From positions 1-34,340 of the forward strand of contig DAIEIL010000054.1 of the NCBI GenBank assembly GCA_027352645.1: a DNA stretch of 34,340 nucleotides, in the 5' to 3' direction. Shown in pieces: positions 16,706 to 25,924 of this stretch. Source of the DNA: Rhodobiaceae bacterium (GTDB lineage: Bacteria; Pseudomonadota; Alphaproteobacteria; Parvibaculales; Parvibaculaceae). Within the stretch, counting starts at the first letter, position 1. Every line of letters begins with the position of its first letter. The position numbers and the translations under genes are program-made. Under the pieces are notes generated by a model. That model was not told the DNA's origin. It worked only from the letters and a program-made list of their open reading frames with translations, and ran no database searches.

Positions 16706-16945
16706 ATGGCTGACGATACGAAACCGAGCGATCTGCCCGAACGCATCACCGTGCTGGCCCGGGACTTCACGCCCGCCGCCATGGAGTTCCATCGCCGGAA
16801 CATGAGCGAGAAGGGCTACCGCATGGAAGGCCAGATCGTTCAGCGCCGGTTCCAGATGATCGAGGGCCTGGGCGCTCCGAAAGACCTTTTCGACGGTGAG
16901 CTTTTCTACGCGGCCACCTTCGTCCGCAAGGGCGACGAGAAGTAA
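16706..16945 (+). CDS. Small hypothetical protein (79 aa)
   Basis: ATG 16706. MADDTKPSDLPERITVLARDF...FYAATFVRKGDEK. Strong GC3 bias like neighbouring genes; no family recognised. Confidence 0.72.
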   Translation: MADDTKPSDLPERITVLARDFTPAAMEFHRRNMSEKGYRMEGQIVQRRFQMIEGLGAPKDLFDGELFYAATFVRKGDEK

Positions 16946-17222
16946 TCTCTTCCCGTCTGCAAACGGGACAGGGGCGAATTACCCCACATAACCAAGGCAT
17001 TGCGGGCGGAGCAAAAGACGCCCGCTGGCGTCCCTTCGCGGCCAAACGCTGTTGACTTGGGCAAACTAATCTTGTCTGCTTTCTTGGCAATCGACATTTT
17101 GGCCTGCCTTGGCTGATTTGCCCTACGGGCCTTTCAAGACACTTCCAAAAATCAGGTTGTCATCATCAGCCGCGCGATGGGAGCGTGGTTATTACCGCAC
17201 GCAAGTGCGCAAGGAGACCCAA

Positions 17223-17426
17223 ATGGCTACTGGTACTGTGAAGTGGTTCAATGCTCAGAAGGGCTACGGCTTCATTCAGCCGTCCGACGGCGGTCGCGAT
17301 GTGTTCGTGCACATCAGCGCTGTTGAGCGCGCCGGCCTCAGCACGCTCAACGAAGGTCAGAAGATCAACTATGAGCTCGTGACCGAGAAGGGCAAGACGT
17401 CTGCCGCGAACCTCACGGTCGCGTAA
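17223..17426 (+). CDS. cspA: Cold-shock protein (CspA family)
   Basis: [20 protein letters not shown]...DVFVHISAV (RNP1/RNP2). AAGGAG RBS. 67 aa. Confidence 0.96.
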   Translation: MATGTVKWFNAQKGYGFIQPSDGGRDVFVHISAVERAGLSTLNEGQKINYELVTEKGKTSAANLTVA

Positions 17427-17452
17427 TTCGCCTTCGGCTTTACAAAAATCGG

Positions 17453-17485
17453 TGGCCGGGCCTAGTGCCCGGCCATTTTGCTTTT
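17453..17485 (+). terminator. Rho-independent terminator of cspA
   Basis: tggccgggc-ctagt-gcccggcca followed by ttttgctttt. Confidence 0.8.
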
Positions 17486-17587
17486 GCGGCCCCGTCCAGC
17501 GTTTCTTGACAGGATGCGCCCGGACCGGTTGCATCGGCACACAAGCATTACACATCAATAATCGGCACATACCCCGGGGGAAACGAA

Positions 17588-18511
17588 ATGAGCCTGCAGC
17601 TTCTTCTCATCAATCCGATGCTGCGTTTTCAGGTGAAGCGCCGCTTCAAGAAAAGCCCGGATGTGATGACACTCCGTCCCGTCATGCAGGCGACGGAGCC
17701 GCAGAACGCGAAGCTCCCCGCCGACGTCACCGTTGAACAGATCGCGCTTGGCGGCGTCCCGGTGGAAAAACTCACCGCGACCGGCGCGGAGAGCAGCGGC
17801 GCCTTCTTCTACATTCACGGCGGCGGCTGGGTCGCCGGATCGCCACGTACGCACCGCCCGCTTACGCACCGGCTCGCGACGCAGACCGGCATGGCCGTCT
17901 ATGCCGTCGACTACCGGCTCGCGCCGGAACATGTCTTCCCGGCCGGTCTCGACGATTGCGTCGCGGCCTATCGCGCGCTTCTCGAAAAAGTGCCCGCTCA
18001 TGAGATCGTGGTCGGCGGCGACAGTGCGGGCGGCAATCTTGCCCTCGCGCTTGCGCTGCGGCTCAAGGCAGAAGGCATTCCGCTTCCCGCCGCCCTCGTC
18101 TGCCTCTCGCCCGCGACGGATCTCGCGGCGATAGGCGGCTCGCGCATAAGCAACGCGAAGCGCGACGCCCTCTTCGTCGAGGAAATGATGGAAACGGTGG
18201 AAGGCCGCTACTGCCCCGGCGCCGATCCACACAATCCCTATATCTCGCCGCTTCACGGCGACGTCGCCGATCTTCCGCCTACGCTCTTCCATGTCGGGGA
18301 CACGGAAATGTTACTCGACGACTCCACGCGCATGGCCGACAAAATGCGCGCGGCGGCGGTTCCCGTGACGATCAAGGTATGGCCCAAGGTGCCGCATGTC
18401 TGGCACCTGATGGCGGACCTCCTGCCGGAAGCGCGGCAGGCGATCGACGAGATCGTCGTCTTCGTCCAGGTGCATCGTCGCACCGCGTCAGCGTTGGAGA
18501 GGGCCTCATGA
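17588..18511 (+). CDS. Alpha/beta hydrolase, hormone-sensitive-lipase (family IV) esterase
   Basis: HGGG oxyanion hole, DYRLAPEH, GDSAGG nucleophile, E-x-L-x-DD, PHVW. Confidence 0.94.
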   Translation: MSLQLLLINPMLRFQVKRRFKKSPDVMTLRPVMQATEPQNAKLPADVTVEQIALGGVPVEKLTATGAESSGAFFYIHGGGWVAGSPRTHRPLTHRLATQTGMAVYAVDYRLAPEHVFPAGLDDCVAAYRALLEKVPAHEIVVGGDSAGGNLALALALRLKAEGIPLPAALVCLSPATDLAAIGGSRISNAKRDALFVEEMMETVEGRYCPGADPHNPYISPLHGDVADLPPTLFHVGDTEMLLDDSTRMADKMRAAAVPVTIKVWPKVPHVWHLMADLLPEARQAIDEIVVFVQVHRRTASALERAS

Positions 18512-19131
18512 TAAAAGTTCACCATCTCAACAATTCGCGTTCGCAGCGTATCCTCTGGCTCCTGGAGGAACTCGACGTTCCCTATGAGATCGTCCACTAC
18601 CAGCGCGACGCGGTGACCAATCTCGCGCCGCCGGAGTTGAAGGCGATCCATCCGCTCGGCAAGTCGCCGGTCATCACGGATGGCGACCTCCCCGTCGCGG
18701 AGTCGGGCGCCATCGTCGAATATCTGGTGCGGAAATATGGCAAGGGCCGCTTCGCCCCTGCCGAAACCTCGCCGGCCTATGTGCCCTATCTCCAATGGAT
18801 GCATTTCGCGGAAGGCTCGGCCATGCTGCCGCTGCTGCTCGCCCTTTATGTGGGACGGCTTGGCGATGCGGGCGCGCCGCTCCATCCGCGCATCTTCGGC
18901 GAAATCGCGAACCACCTCTCCTACATGAACAACGCCATAAAAAAGGGCGGTTATCTGCTCGGCGAGGAATTCAGTGCCGCCGATATTCTCAACTCCTTCG
19001 TGCTCGAAGCGGCGAAGGTGCGCGGGCTTCTCGGCGACTATCCAAACCTCGTCGATCTTCTCGCGCGGCTTCAGGAGCGGCCCGCCTATCAGCGCGCGCT
19101 GACCCGCGGCGGCCCCTATGCCTTCGCCTGA
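18508..19131 (+). CDS. Glutathione S-transferase (GTT1-like)
   Basis: ATGA overlap with the esterase gene. MIKVHHLNNSRSQRILWLLEEL, HPLGKSPV, ESGAIVEYL. 207 aa. Confidence 0.94.
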   Translation: MIKVHHLNNSRSQRILWLLEELDVPYEIVHYQRDAVTNLAPPELKAIHPLGKSPVITDGDLPVAESGAIVEYLVRKYGKGRFAPAETSPAYVPYLQWMHFAEGSAMLPLLLALYVGRLGDAGAPLHPRIFGEIANHLSYMNNAIKKGGYLLGEEFSAADILNSFVLEAAKVRGLLGDYPNLVDLLARLQERPAYQRALTRGGPYAFA

Positions 19132-19147
19132 GACAGGGCACTAACCG

Positions 19148-19762
19148 GTGGGTGACCTTGTCCATGCGCTCGTAGACTTCATCAGGCTGCATGCCGAGTG
19201 GACCGGCCCCATTATCTTTCTCGTCGCCTTCGGCGAGTCCTTCGCTTTCGTAAGCCTCCTCGTTCCCGGCACGGCGATCATGGTCGCCGCCGGAGCACTG
19301 GTGCATGACGGCACCGTGCCTGTCATCCCACTTCTCGTCGGCGGAATTGCGGGCGCAACGCTGTGCGACGGCATTTCCTATTGGCTGGGGCTTCGTTTCG
19401 GCCACCTCGTCCCCGGCATGTGGCCCTTCAGGACGCGGCCCGAACTGCTTGCCAACGGGCATCGCTTCTTCGAGAGGCATGGCGGCAAAAGCGTCTTCAT
19501 CGGCCGCTTCTTCGGCCCCGTGCGCGCCGTCATCCCGCTCATCGCGGGCATGATGGAAATGCCGGCGGGACGCTTCTGGCTGGCGAACATCCTCTCCGGC
19601 CTCATCTGGGCGCCGATCCTTCTCGTCCCCGGCATCGCCGCGACCGCCCTCTGGCAATTCCTGGAGAGCGAAGAAGGCTGGATACCCTATGCGCTCACCG
19701 GCACGTTCCTTGTCGCCGCCGCTTGCGCGTGGGTCGTCTGGACCTATCGCCGCAAGGGCTGA
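19148..19762 (+). CDS. DedA family membrane protein
   Basis: GTG start. AFGES...LVPG, D.ISYWLG, FFERHGGKSVFIGRFFGPVRA. Confidence 0.93.
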   Translation: MGDLVHALVDFIRLHAEWTGPIIFLVAFGESFAFVSLLVPGTAIMVAAGALVHDGTVPVIPLLVGGIAGATLCDGISYWLGLRFGHLVPGMWPFRTRPELLANGHRFFERHGGKSVFIGRFFGPVRAVIPLIAGMMEMPAGRFWLANILSGLIWAPILLVPGIAATALWQFLESEEGWIPYALTGTFLVAAACAWVVWTYRRKG

Positions 19763-19767
19763 CGCGC

Positions 19768-20325
19768 TCAAGGCCTTCCATAGAGGAACTGGGCGGTTGC
19801 CGTGCCGAGTGCGTGGCGGCGGAGCATTTCGAGCGCCTGCGCCCCCTTCACCTTCGGGTCGAGGCCGAGCGCCACAACATCGAGCGCATAGACGGTGAAA
19901 ACATAATGATGCGCGCCGCTGCCCGGTGGCGGGCATGGCCCCTGATATCCGGGCGCGCCGAAATCGGAGCTGCCTTCCACCGCTCCTTGCGGGATGGGAC
20001 CGCCCTCCGGCAGTTGCGCGTTCGTGGGCGGAATGTCGAAGACCAGCCAGTGCCACCAGCCGCGCCCGTTTCGGGCATCCGGATCGAAGAGCGTGACGGC
20101 ATAGCTCCGGGTGCCCGCAGGCGCCCCACTCCAGGCCAGGCCGGGCGACAAGTTGTTTCCGCCGCAGCCGAACTTGTCATGGACGAATTTGGTGGAGGTG
20201 AGCCGCGCGCCGTCCTCGAACGAAGCGCTGGTGACGCGGAATGCATCCGAAGCCCCCGCCGCCATGCCGCCCGCCACGAGCGACAGGAGGAGACCAAGCC
20301 CGCCAACCACTATTGCGCGTATCAT
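19768..20325 (-). CDS. YbhB/YbcL family (PEBP/RKIP-like) periplasmic protein
   Basis: ATG 20325 after GGAGAGG. Signal peptide, N.SP.LAWS, FDPDA, WWHWLV, YQGPCPPPG..HHYVFTVYALD. 185 aa. Confidence 0.93.
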   Translation of the reverse strand: MIRAIVVGGLGLLLSLVAGGMAAGASDAFRVTSASFEDGARLTSTKFVHDKFGCGGNNLSPGLAWSGAPAGTRSYAVTLFDPDARNGRGWWHWLVFDIPPTNAQLPEGGPIPQGAVEGSSDFGAPGYQGPCPPPGSGAHHYVFTVYALDVVALGLDPKVKGAQALEMLRRHALGTATAQFLYGRP

Positions 20326-20441
20326 GAGTCCCGCCTCTCCCGGAGATTGTCGTCCGCCGGTGACTTCCGCCAGACGGCACCTGCACTGTAACAAAACCAT
20401 GATTTGACCCTTGGGGCACCGAAACGGCATCTCTGTGGGCG

Positions 20442-20831
20442 ATGAGCGCATCCTTGCAGACACGCCCGATCGATAGCCACGCCTCCCTGACGGGAGCTCC
20501 GATTTCGTGGCCGCTCCGGATTCTGTTCGCTATTTGCTGCGCGATCGTCGTCCTTGCGGCGGTCCATGGCGACGAACATGGCCGCCGGCCCCGCTTCGTG
20601 TGGCAAAGTGCAGTCGAGGCCAGCAAGGCGGCTGTCCTGCAAACAACCGACGTGAAGCGCGAGGGAGCCACACTCGGCGCCTCGCCTCGCTTCGCGGCGA
20701 TCTCGAACCCGCTGGGTATCCTGCCCGCCGTGGCCGACCTGCGGGACTTCCGACCTGACCGGTCGGAAAATATGGCCCCGGCAAGCCCCTATCTCCGCCC
20801 CTTCAGCAACGCACCCCCGATTCGGGGCTGA
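20442..20831 (+). CDS. Hypothetical protein with an N-terminal hydrophobic segment and C-terminal FSNAPP; candidate ribosome-arrest uORF
   Basis: ORF fills the gap upstream of pstS. ILFAICCAIVVLAAV hydrophobic stretch; ends PYLRPFSNAPPIRG*. Weak RBS and atypical codon usage. Confidence 0.5.
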   Translation: MSASLQTRPIDSHASLTGAPISWPLRILFAICCAIVVLAAVHGDEHGRRPRFVWQSAVEASKAAVLQTTDVKREGATLGASPRFAAISNPLGILPAVADLRDFRPDRSENMAPASPYLRPFSNAPPIRG

Positions 20832-20854
20832 AAAAAGCTTTGGCAAGCACCGAA

Positions 20855-20883
20855 GTCCGCAGCTTGCGATGCAGGCTGCGGAC
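20855..20883. other. 13-bp hairpin without U-tail
   Basis: gtccgcagcttgc-gat-gcaggctgcggac (one G-U). Confidence 0.7.
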
Positions 20884-20907
20884 CGAGGCTGGGCGGCTAT
20901 TCCGTTT

Positions 20908-20936
20908 GTGTCATATATTTGTCATCGATCTGTCGT
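20908..20936 (+). promoter_or_regulatory. Pho box (PhoB site), three 11-bp-spaced repeats
   Basis: GTGTCAT-ATAT-TTGTCAT-CGAT-CTGTCGT versus consensus CTGTCAT-N4, ending 48 nt before the pstS start. Confidence 0.88.
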
Positions 20937-20983
20937 AGTCAGGGGGGCACAGGCCGCCGGCTCGACACAGGGAGTCCAACATC

Positions 20984-22027
20984 ATGCTGAAATCCTTTGG
21001 AAAACTGGGACGTGCGAGCTTCTTCGCTCTGTCCGCTCTCGTCCTCACCACTGCCGCGGAGGCTTCCGACATTTCGGGCGCCGGCGCGACCTTCCCCTAT
21101 CCCGTCTATGCCAAGTGGGCTGAAGCCTATAAGGCGAAGACCGGCGTCGGCATGAACTATCAGTCGATCGGCTCCGGCGGCGGCATCAAGCAGATCAACG
21201 CCAAGACCGTCGACTTCGGTGCGTCCGACAAGCCGCTGACGGCGGACGAGCTCGCCAAGGGCGATCTCATGCAGTTCCCGACGGTCATGGGCGGCGTCGT
21301 CCCGGTCGTCAATCTTGCGGGCATCAAGCCGGGCGAAATCAAACTGACGGGTTCCGTCCTCGCCAATATCTATCTCGGCAAGATTACGAAGTGGAACGCC
21401 CCGGAAATCGCGGCGATCAACAAGGGTGTGAAGCTCCCCGACGCCTCCATCGCGGTGGTCCATCGCTCGGATGGGTCGGGCACGACCTTCAACTTCACCT
21501 ACTACCTCAACGCCGTTGAGCCCGCCTGGGCCGCTGTCGGCGTCAACACCGCCGTCGAATGGCCGGTCGGTCTCGGCGGCAAGGGCAATGAAGGCGTCGC
21601 GGCCATGGTCGGCCAGACGCAGGGCTCCATCGGCTATGTCGAATATGCCTACGCCCTGCAGAACCACCTGACCTACACCGACATGCAGAACAAGGACGGC
21701 AAGTTCGTGAAGCCGAGCTATGAAGCCTTCCAGGCGGCGGCCGCGAATGCCGACTGGGCGAAGGCGCCTGGCTTCTATCTCATCCTCGCCAACCAGCCCG
21801 GAGCGACGAGCTGGCCGATGACGGCTGCGACCTTCATCCTGCTGCACAAGACCCAGGACAAGCCTGAGAATGGCAAGGCCGTTCTGAAGTTCTTCAACTG
21901 GGCCTATGCAGATGGCGACAAGATGGCCAAGGATCTCGACTACGTCCCGATGCCCGACAATGTCGTGAAGCTCGTTGAAGGCAGCTGGAAGCAGGTCGTC
22001 GACGCCTCCGGCAAGCCTGTCTACTAA
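20984..22027 (+). CDS. pstS: Phosphate ABC transporter substrate-binding protein
   Basis: Signal peptide, GAGATFPYP, YQSIGSGGG, VDFGASD, HRSDGSGTT, GKGNEGV, GSIGYVE. Confidence 0.97.
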   Translation: MLKSFGKLGRASFFALSALVLTTAAEASDISGAGATFPYPVYAKWAEAYKAKTGVGMNYQSIGSGGGIKQINAKTVDFGASDKPLTADELAKGDLMQFPTVMGGVVPVVNLAGIKPGEIKLTGSVLANIYLGKITKWNAPEIAAINKGVKLPDASIAVVHRSDGSGTTFNFTYYLNAVEPAWAAVGVNTAVEWPVGLGGKGNEGVAAMVGQTQGSIGYVEYAYALQNHLTYTDMQNKDGKFVKPSYEAFQAAAANADWAKAPGFYLILANQPGATSWPMTAATFILLHKTQDKPENGKAVLKFFNWAYADGDKMAKDLDYVPMPDNVVKLVEGSWKQVVDASGKPVY

Positions 22028-22045
22028 CACCTAACCGGCAACAGG

Positions 22046-22072
22046 CGCGGAAGAGGCATCGCCTCTTCCGCG
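22046..22072 (+). other. Perfect 12-bp intercistronic stem-loop between pstS and pstC (mRNA stability/processing)
   Basis: cgcggaagaggc-atc-gcctcttccgcg, no U-tail. Confidence 0.75.
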
Positions 22073-22091
22073 AACCCGGAGACCCCCCGAC

Positions 22092-23072
22092 ATGGCGCTG
22101 ATCGACGACGCCGATTTGAACCGCATTCGCCGCATTCGCAACGGCAGGCTGGCAGACATCTTCTTCCGCTGGCTCACTTGGAGCTTCATGGCTCTGGTTC
22201 TACTGATGCTTGGCGGCGTGATCGTCGTTCTCGTGCAGGGTGCCGCACCCGCGCTAAAGCTTTTCGGATTCGACTTTCTGATCACCGCCAAATGGAATCC
22301 GGTTACCGACGAATATGGGGCGCTGGTGCCTCTCGTCGGTACGCTCGCGACCTCCGCCGTCGCCATGCTGGTCGGTGTACCGGCGAGCTTTGCCGTCGCA
22401 TTCTTCCTTACTGAACTCTGCCCCTACAAGCTCAGAACATCCCTCAGCACCGCTGTTGAGCTCCTCGCGGCTGTGCCGAGCATCATCTACGGCATCTGGG
22501 GGCTTTTCGTCGCTGCCCCCTTCTTTCAGGCGACGGTCGAGCCCGCGCTCGCCGCATGGCTCGGCCCCATTCCGCTGATCGGCCAGCTTTTCTCCGGCGT
22601 TCCCATCGGCATCGGCATCCTGCTTGCGGGTCTTATCCTCGGCCTCATGATCCTGCCCTTCATGACCGCAGTGATGCGCGACGTCTTCGAAACCGTGCCT
22701 GCCGTGCTGCGCGAAAGCGCCTATGGACTGGGCGCGACGCGGTGGGAAGTCGTCTGGAAGGTCGTGCTACCCTATTGCCGCACCGGCGTCGTCGGCGCGG
22801 TCATGCTTGGCCTCGGCCGCGCGCTCGGCGAGACCATGGCCGTTACCTTCGTCATCGGAAACGCGCATCGTCTGCCGAAGTCGCTGTTCGATCCGGCAAC
22901 GACGATCTCCGCCGCGCTCGCCAATGAATTCACGGAAGCGGTCAGCGACACCTATACCTCGGCGCTCATCGCTCTCGGCCTCGTTCTCTTCCTGCTGACC
23001 TTCATTGTGCTTGCCGCCGGGCGGCGTCTGCTGCTCCGCGCCGAGGTCGCCAAGACCGGAGGCGGCAAATGA
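22092..23072 (+). CDS. pstC: Phosphate ABC transporter permease
   Basis: [47 protein letters not shown]. Confidence 0.96.
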   Translation: MALIDDADLNRIRRIRNGRLADIFFRWLTWSFMALVLLMLGGVIVVLVQGAAPALKLFGFDFLITAKWNPVTDEYGALVPLVGTLATSAVAMLVGVPASFAVAFFLTELCPYKLRTSLSTAVELLAAVPSIIYGIWGLFVAAPFFQATVEPALAAWLGPIPLIGQLFSGVPIGIGILLAGLILGLMILPFMTAVMRDVFETVPAVLRESAYGLGATRWEVVWKVVLPYCRTGVVGAVMLGLGRALGETMAVTFVIGNAHRLPKSLFDPATTISAALANEFTEAVSDTYTSALIALGLVLFLLTFIVLAAGRRLLLRAEVAKTGGGK

Positions 23073-23911
23073 CGCGCGTCCAGACCCGCCGCATCACCGA
23101 CATCGTGATGACCGTGATTGCACTCGCAGTGACGAGCCTCGTTCTCCTTATCCTCGGCGCGATCCTCTGGACCTTGCTCAGCAACGGCCTCTCCGCGCTC
23201 AGGCCTTCGCTCTTCACCGAGAGCACACCACCGCCCGGAAGCCAGGGCGGCCTGCTGAATGCCATCTTCGGCAGCGCCGTGATGACCGGGCTCGCCATTC
23301 TCGCGGCAACGCCCATCGGCGTCATGGCGGGAACCTACATTTCCGAATATGGGCGCAATAGCCGGCTCGCCCACATCGTGCGCTTCGTCAACGACGTGCT
23401 GCTGAGCGCGCCCTCGATCATCATCGGCCTCTTTGTCTATGGTATCGTCGTCGTGCAGATGGGTCACTTTTCGGCCCTTGCGGGCGTCGTCGCACTGGCG
23501 ATCATCGCCATCCCGATCATCGTGCGCACCACCGAAGACATGCTCGGCCTCGTGCCCGACGCGCTGCGCGAAGCCGCCGCCGCTCTCGGTTCGCCGCGGT
23601 GGAAGATCATCGCCAAGGTCAGCTATCGTGCGGCCTTCCAGGGTATTCTGACCGGCGTCCTTCTCGCCGTGGCCCGCATTTCGGGCGAGACGGCGCCGCT
23701 TCTTTTCACTGCGCTCAACAACCAGTTCTGGAGCTCGAACCTCAATGCGCCGATGGCAAACCTTCCTGTCGTCATCTTCCAGTTCGCAATGAGCCCCTAC
23801 GAAGACTGGCGCCAGCTCGCATGGGGCGGCGCGCTCATCATCACGGCGACAGTGCTTGCGCTCAACATATTCGCCCGCCTACTGACCAGAAAAAGGACAG
23901 GCCGCTCGTGA
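23069..23911 (+). CDS. pstA: Phosphate ABC transporter permease
   Basis: ATGA overlap with pst[41 protein letters not shown]. Confidence 0.96.
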   Translation: MTRVQTRRITDIVMTVIALAVTSLVLLILGAILWTLLSNGLSALRPSLFTESTPPPGSQGGLLNAIFGSAVMTGLAILAATPIGVMAGTYISEYGRNSRLAHIVRFVNDVLLSAPSIIIGLFVYGIVVVQMGHFSALAGVVALAIIAIPIIVRTTEDMLGLVPDALREAAAALGSPRWKIIAKVSYRAAFQGILTGVLLAVARISGETAPLLFTALNNQFWSSNLNAPMANLPVVIFQFAMSPYEDWRQLAWGGALIITATVLALNIFARLLTRKRTGRS

Positions 23912-24723
23912 CCCAGTTGCACACTCCGTCTCTCGCAGGCGCCCTGCACCATCCGGACGGCGAAAAGCACGTCGAGAAGATTAGCGTGCGCGACCTTCGC
24001 TTCTATTACGGGCAATACGAGGCGCTGAAGGGCATCAACATCTCGATCCCCGACCGCCGCGTCACCGCCTTCATCGGCCCGTCGGGCTGCGGAAAGTCGA
24101 CGCTGCTGCGCGTACTCAATCGGATCTATGAAATGTATCCGGGCCAGCGCGCGACCGGCGAGGTGATGGTTGACGGCGATAACATCCTTGATCCCAACCT
24201 CGACCTGACGAAGCTGCGGACCAAGATCGGCATGGTGTTCCAGAAGCCGACGCCCTTCCCCATGTCGATCTATGAGAATGTCGCCTTCGGCATTCGTCTC
24301 TACGACAAGATCTCGCGCGCGGACATGGATGAGCGCGTGCATTGGGCGCTGTCGCAGGCCGCCCTGTGGGACGAAGTGAAGGACAAGCTGCACCAGCTCG
24401 GCACGGGCCTATCGGGCGGTCAGCAGCAGCGCCTCTGCATCGCGCGCGCGATCGCCGTGCGCCCCGAAATCCTCCTGATGGACGAACCTGCCTCCGCCCT
24501 CGATCCCATCTCGACGGCGAAGCTCGAAGAGCTGATCGAAAAGCTGCGTGAGGAGTTCTGCATCGTCATCGTGACGCACAACATGCAGCAGGCCGCGCGC
24601 GCATCGGACTACACGGCCTTCATGTATCTGGGTGAGTTGGTCGAATTCGACACGTCGGAAAAGATCTTCACCAATCCGTCGAATGTTCGCACGCGCGACT
24701 ATGTGACCGGCCGCTTCGGCTGA
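23908..24723 (+). CDS. pstB: Phosphate ABC transporter ATP-binding protein
   Basis: GTGA overlap with pst[55 protein letters not shown]. 271 aa. Confidence 0.97.
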   Translation: MTQLHTPSLAGALHHPDGEKHVEKISVRDLRFYYGQYEALKGINISIPDRRVTAFIGPSGCGKSTLLRVLNRIYEMYPGQRATGEVMVDGDNILDPNLDLTKLRTKIGMVFQKPTPFPMSIYENVAFGIRLYDKISRADMDERVHWALSQAALWDEVKDKLHQLGTGLSGGQQQRLCIARAIAVRPEILLMDEPASALDPISTAKLEELIEKLREEFCIVIVTHNMQQAARASDYTAFMYLGELVEFDTSEKIFTNPSNVRTRDYVTGRFG

Positions 24724-24732
24724 TCTTCGTGG

Positions 24733-25899
24733 TCAATAGGACTTCGGCTGGCCGAGAACCTTCTCAGCGATGAAGCTCAGGATGAGCTGCATGCTCACCG
24801 GCGCGATGCGCGGAATCCAGCTTTCGCGCATATAGCGCTCGACGTGGTACTCCTTCGCATAGCCCATTCCGCCATGCGTCAGGATCGCCGTCTCGCAGGC
24901 ATGGAAGGCGGCTTCGGCGGCGAGATATTTCGCGGCATTGGCCTCCGCGCCGCATTCCTCGCCCTTGTCGTAGAGCGACGCGGCCTTGAAGGTCATCAGG
25001 TTCGCCGCTTCGAGTTCCGCCCAGCATTTCGCCAACGGATGCTGGATACCCTGGTTCTGGCCGATGGGGCGCCCGAAGACGACGCGTTCGCGCGCATAGG
25101 CTGAAGCCTTCCTGAGCGCCGCGCGGCCAAGGCCGATCGCTTCCGCCGCAATCAGGATGCGCTCAGGATTGAGCCCGTGCAGAATCTGCTGGAAACCCTT
25201 TCCTTCCGCGCCGATGCGGTTTTCGACCGGGATTTCGAGCCCGTCGAAAAAGAGCATATTTGAATCGACCGCCGAGCGGCCCATCTTCGGGATTTCCCGC
25301 ACCTCGACCCTGGAGCGATCGAAATCCGTATAGAAAAGGCTGAGCCCATCCGTCTTCTTCGTTAGCTCGTCGTAAGGTGTAGTACGAGCAAGCAGCAGCA
25401 TCTTCGAGGCGACCTGCGCGGTCGTGATCCAGATCTTCTGCCCGCGCACGATGTAGCGGTCGCCCTTCTTCTCGGCGAAGGTCTTGAGGCCTGTCGTGTT
25501 GAGGCCGGCGTCAGGCTCCGTTACCGCGAAGCACGCCTTGTCCTCGCCGCGGATCAATGGCGGCAACATGCGTGACTTCTGTTCTTCGGTGCCGAAGACA
25601 ACGACAGGATTGAGGCCGAAGATATTGAGATGCACGGCGGATGCGCCGCTCATGCCGCCGCCCGATTCCGAAATGGCCTGCATCATCAACGCGGCCTCTG
25701 TGATGCCAAGCCCCGCACCGCCGACCGATTCCGGCATGGCGATGCCGAGCCAGCCTTGATCGGCCACCGCCTTGTAGAAGTCCTCCGGGAAACCGCCCTC
25801 CTTGTCCTTCTTCAACCAGTAGTCGTCGTCGAAGGGCTCGCAGAGCTTGAAGATCGCATCCCTTATCTGTTGCTGGTCGGTGCTGAGCGAGAAATCCAT
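24733..25899 (-). CDS. Acyl-CoA dehydrogenase family protein
   Basis: CFAVTEPDAG, GQKIWIT, LNPERI, RVVFGRPIGQNQ, HGGMGYAKEY. Confidence 0.94.
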   Translation of the reverse strand: MDFSLSTDQQQIRDAIFKLCEPFDDDYWLKKDKEGGFPEDFYKAVADQGWLGIAMPESVGGAGLGITEAALMMQAISESGGGMSGASAVHLNIFGLNPVVVFGTEEQKSRMLPPLIRGEDKACFAVTEPDAGLNTTGLKTFAEKKGDRYIVRGQKIWITTAQVASKMLLLARTTPYDELTKKTDGLSLFYTDFDRSRVEVREIPKMGRSAVDSNMLFFDGLEIPVENRIGAEGKGFQQILHGLNPERILIAAEAIGLGRAALRKASAYARERVVFGRPIGQNQGIQHPLAKCWAELEAANLMTFKAASLYDKGEECGAEANAAKYLAAEAAFHACETAILTHGGMGYAKEYHVERYMRESWIPRIAPVSMQLILSFIAEKVLGQPKSY

Positions 25900-25924
25900 G
25901 AACCCGGCCTCCCCGCCGGCGGAG

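Noticed and set aside
16149-17513. Repeated ttcttgacagg at about 16149 and 17503 as possible direct repeat or att sites
   Set aside because: Better explained as two sigma70 -35 elements (TTGACA). No integrase or tRNA is present and I see no composition shift.
22121-22138. Tandem 9-nt repeat ccgcattcg x2 at the start of pstC
   Set aside because: Only two in-frame copies (RIRRIR); not a contingency repeat or array.
23599-23907. Extended PstB N-terminus; similar over-extensions at 18379, 28736, 17109, 9967 and 20463
   Set aside because: These overlap upstream genes or promoters. Downstream starts with an RBS or a coupled (A/G)TGA overlap match family N-termini.
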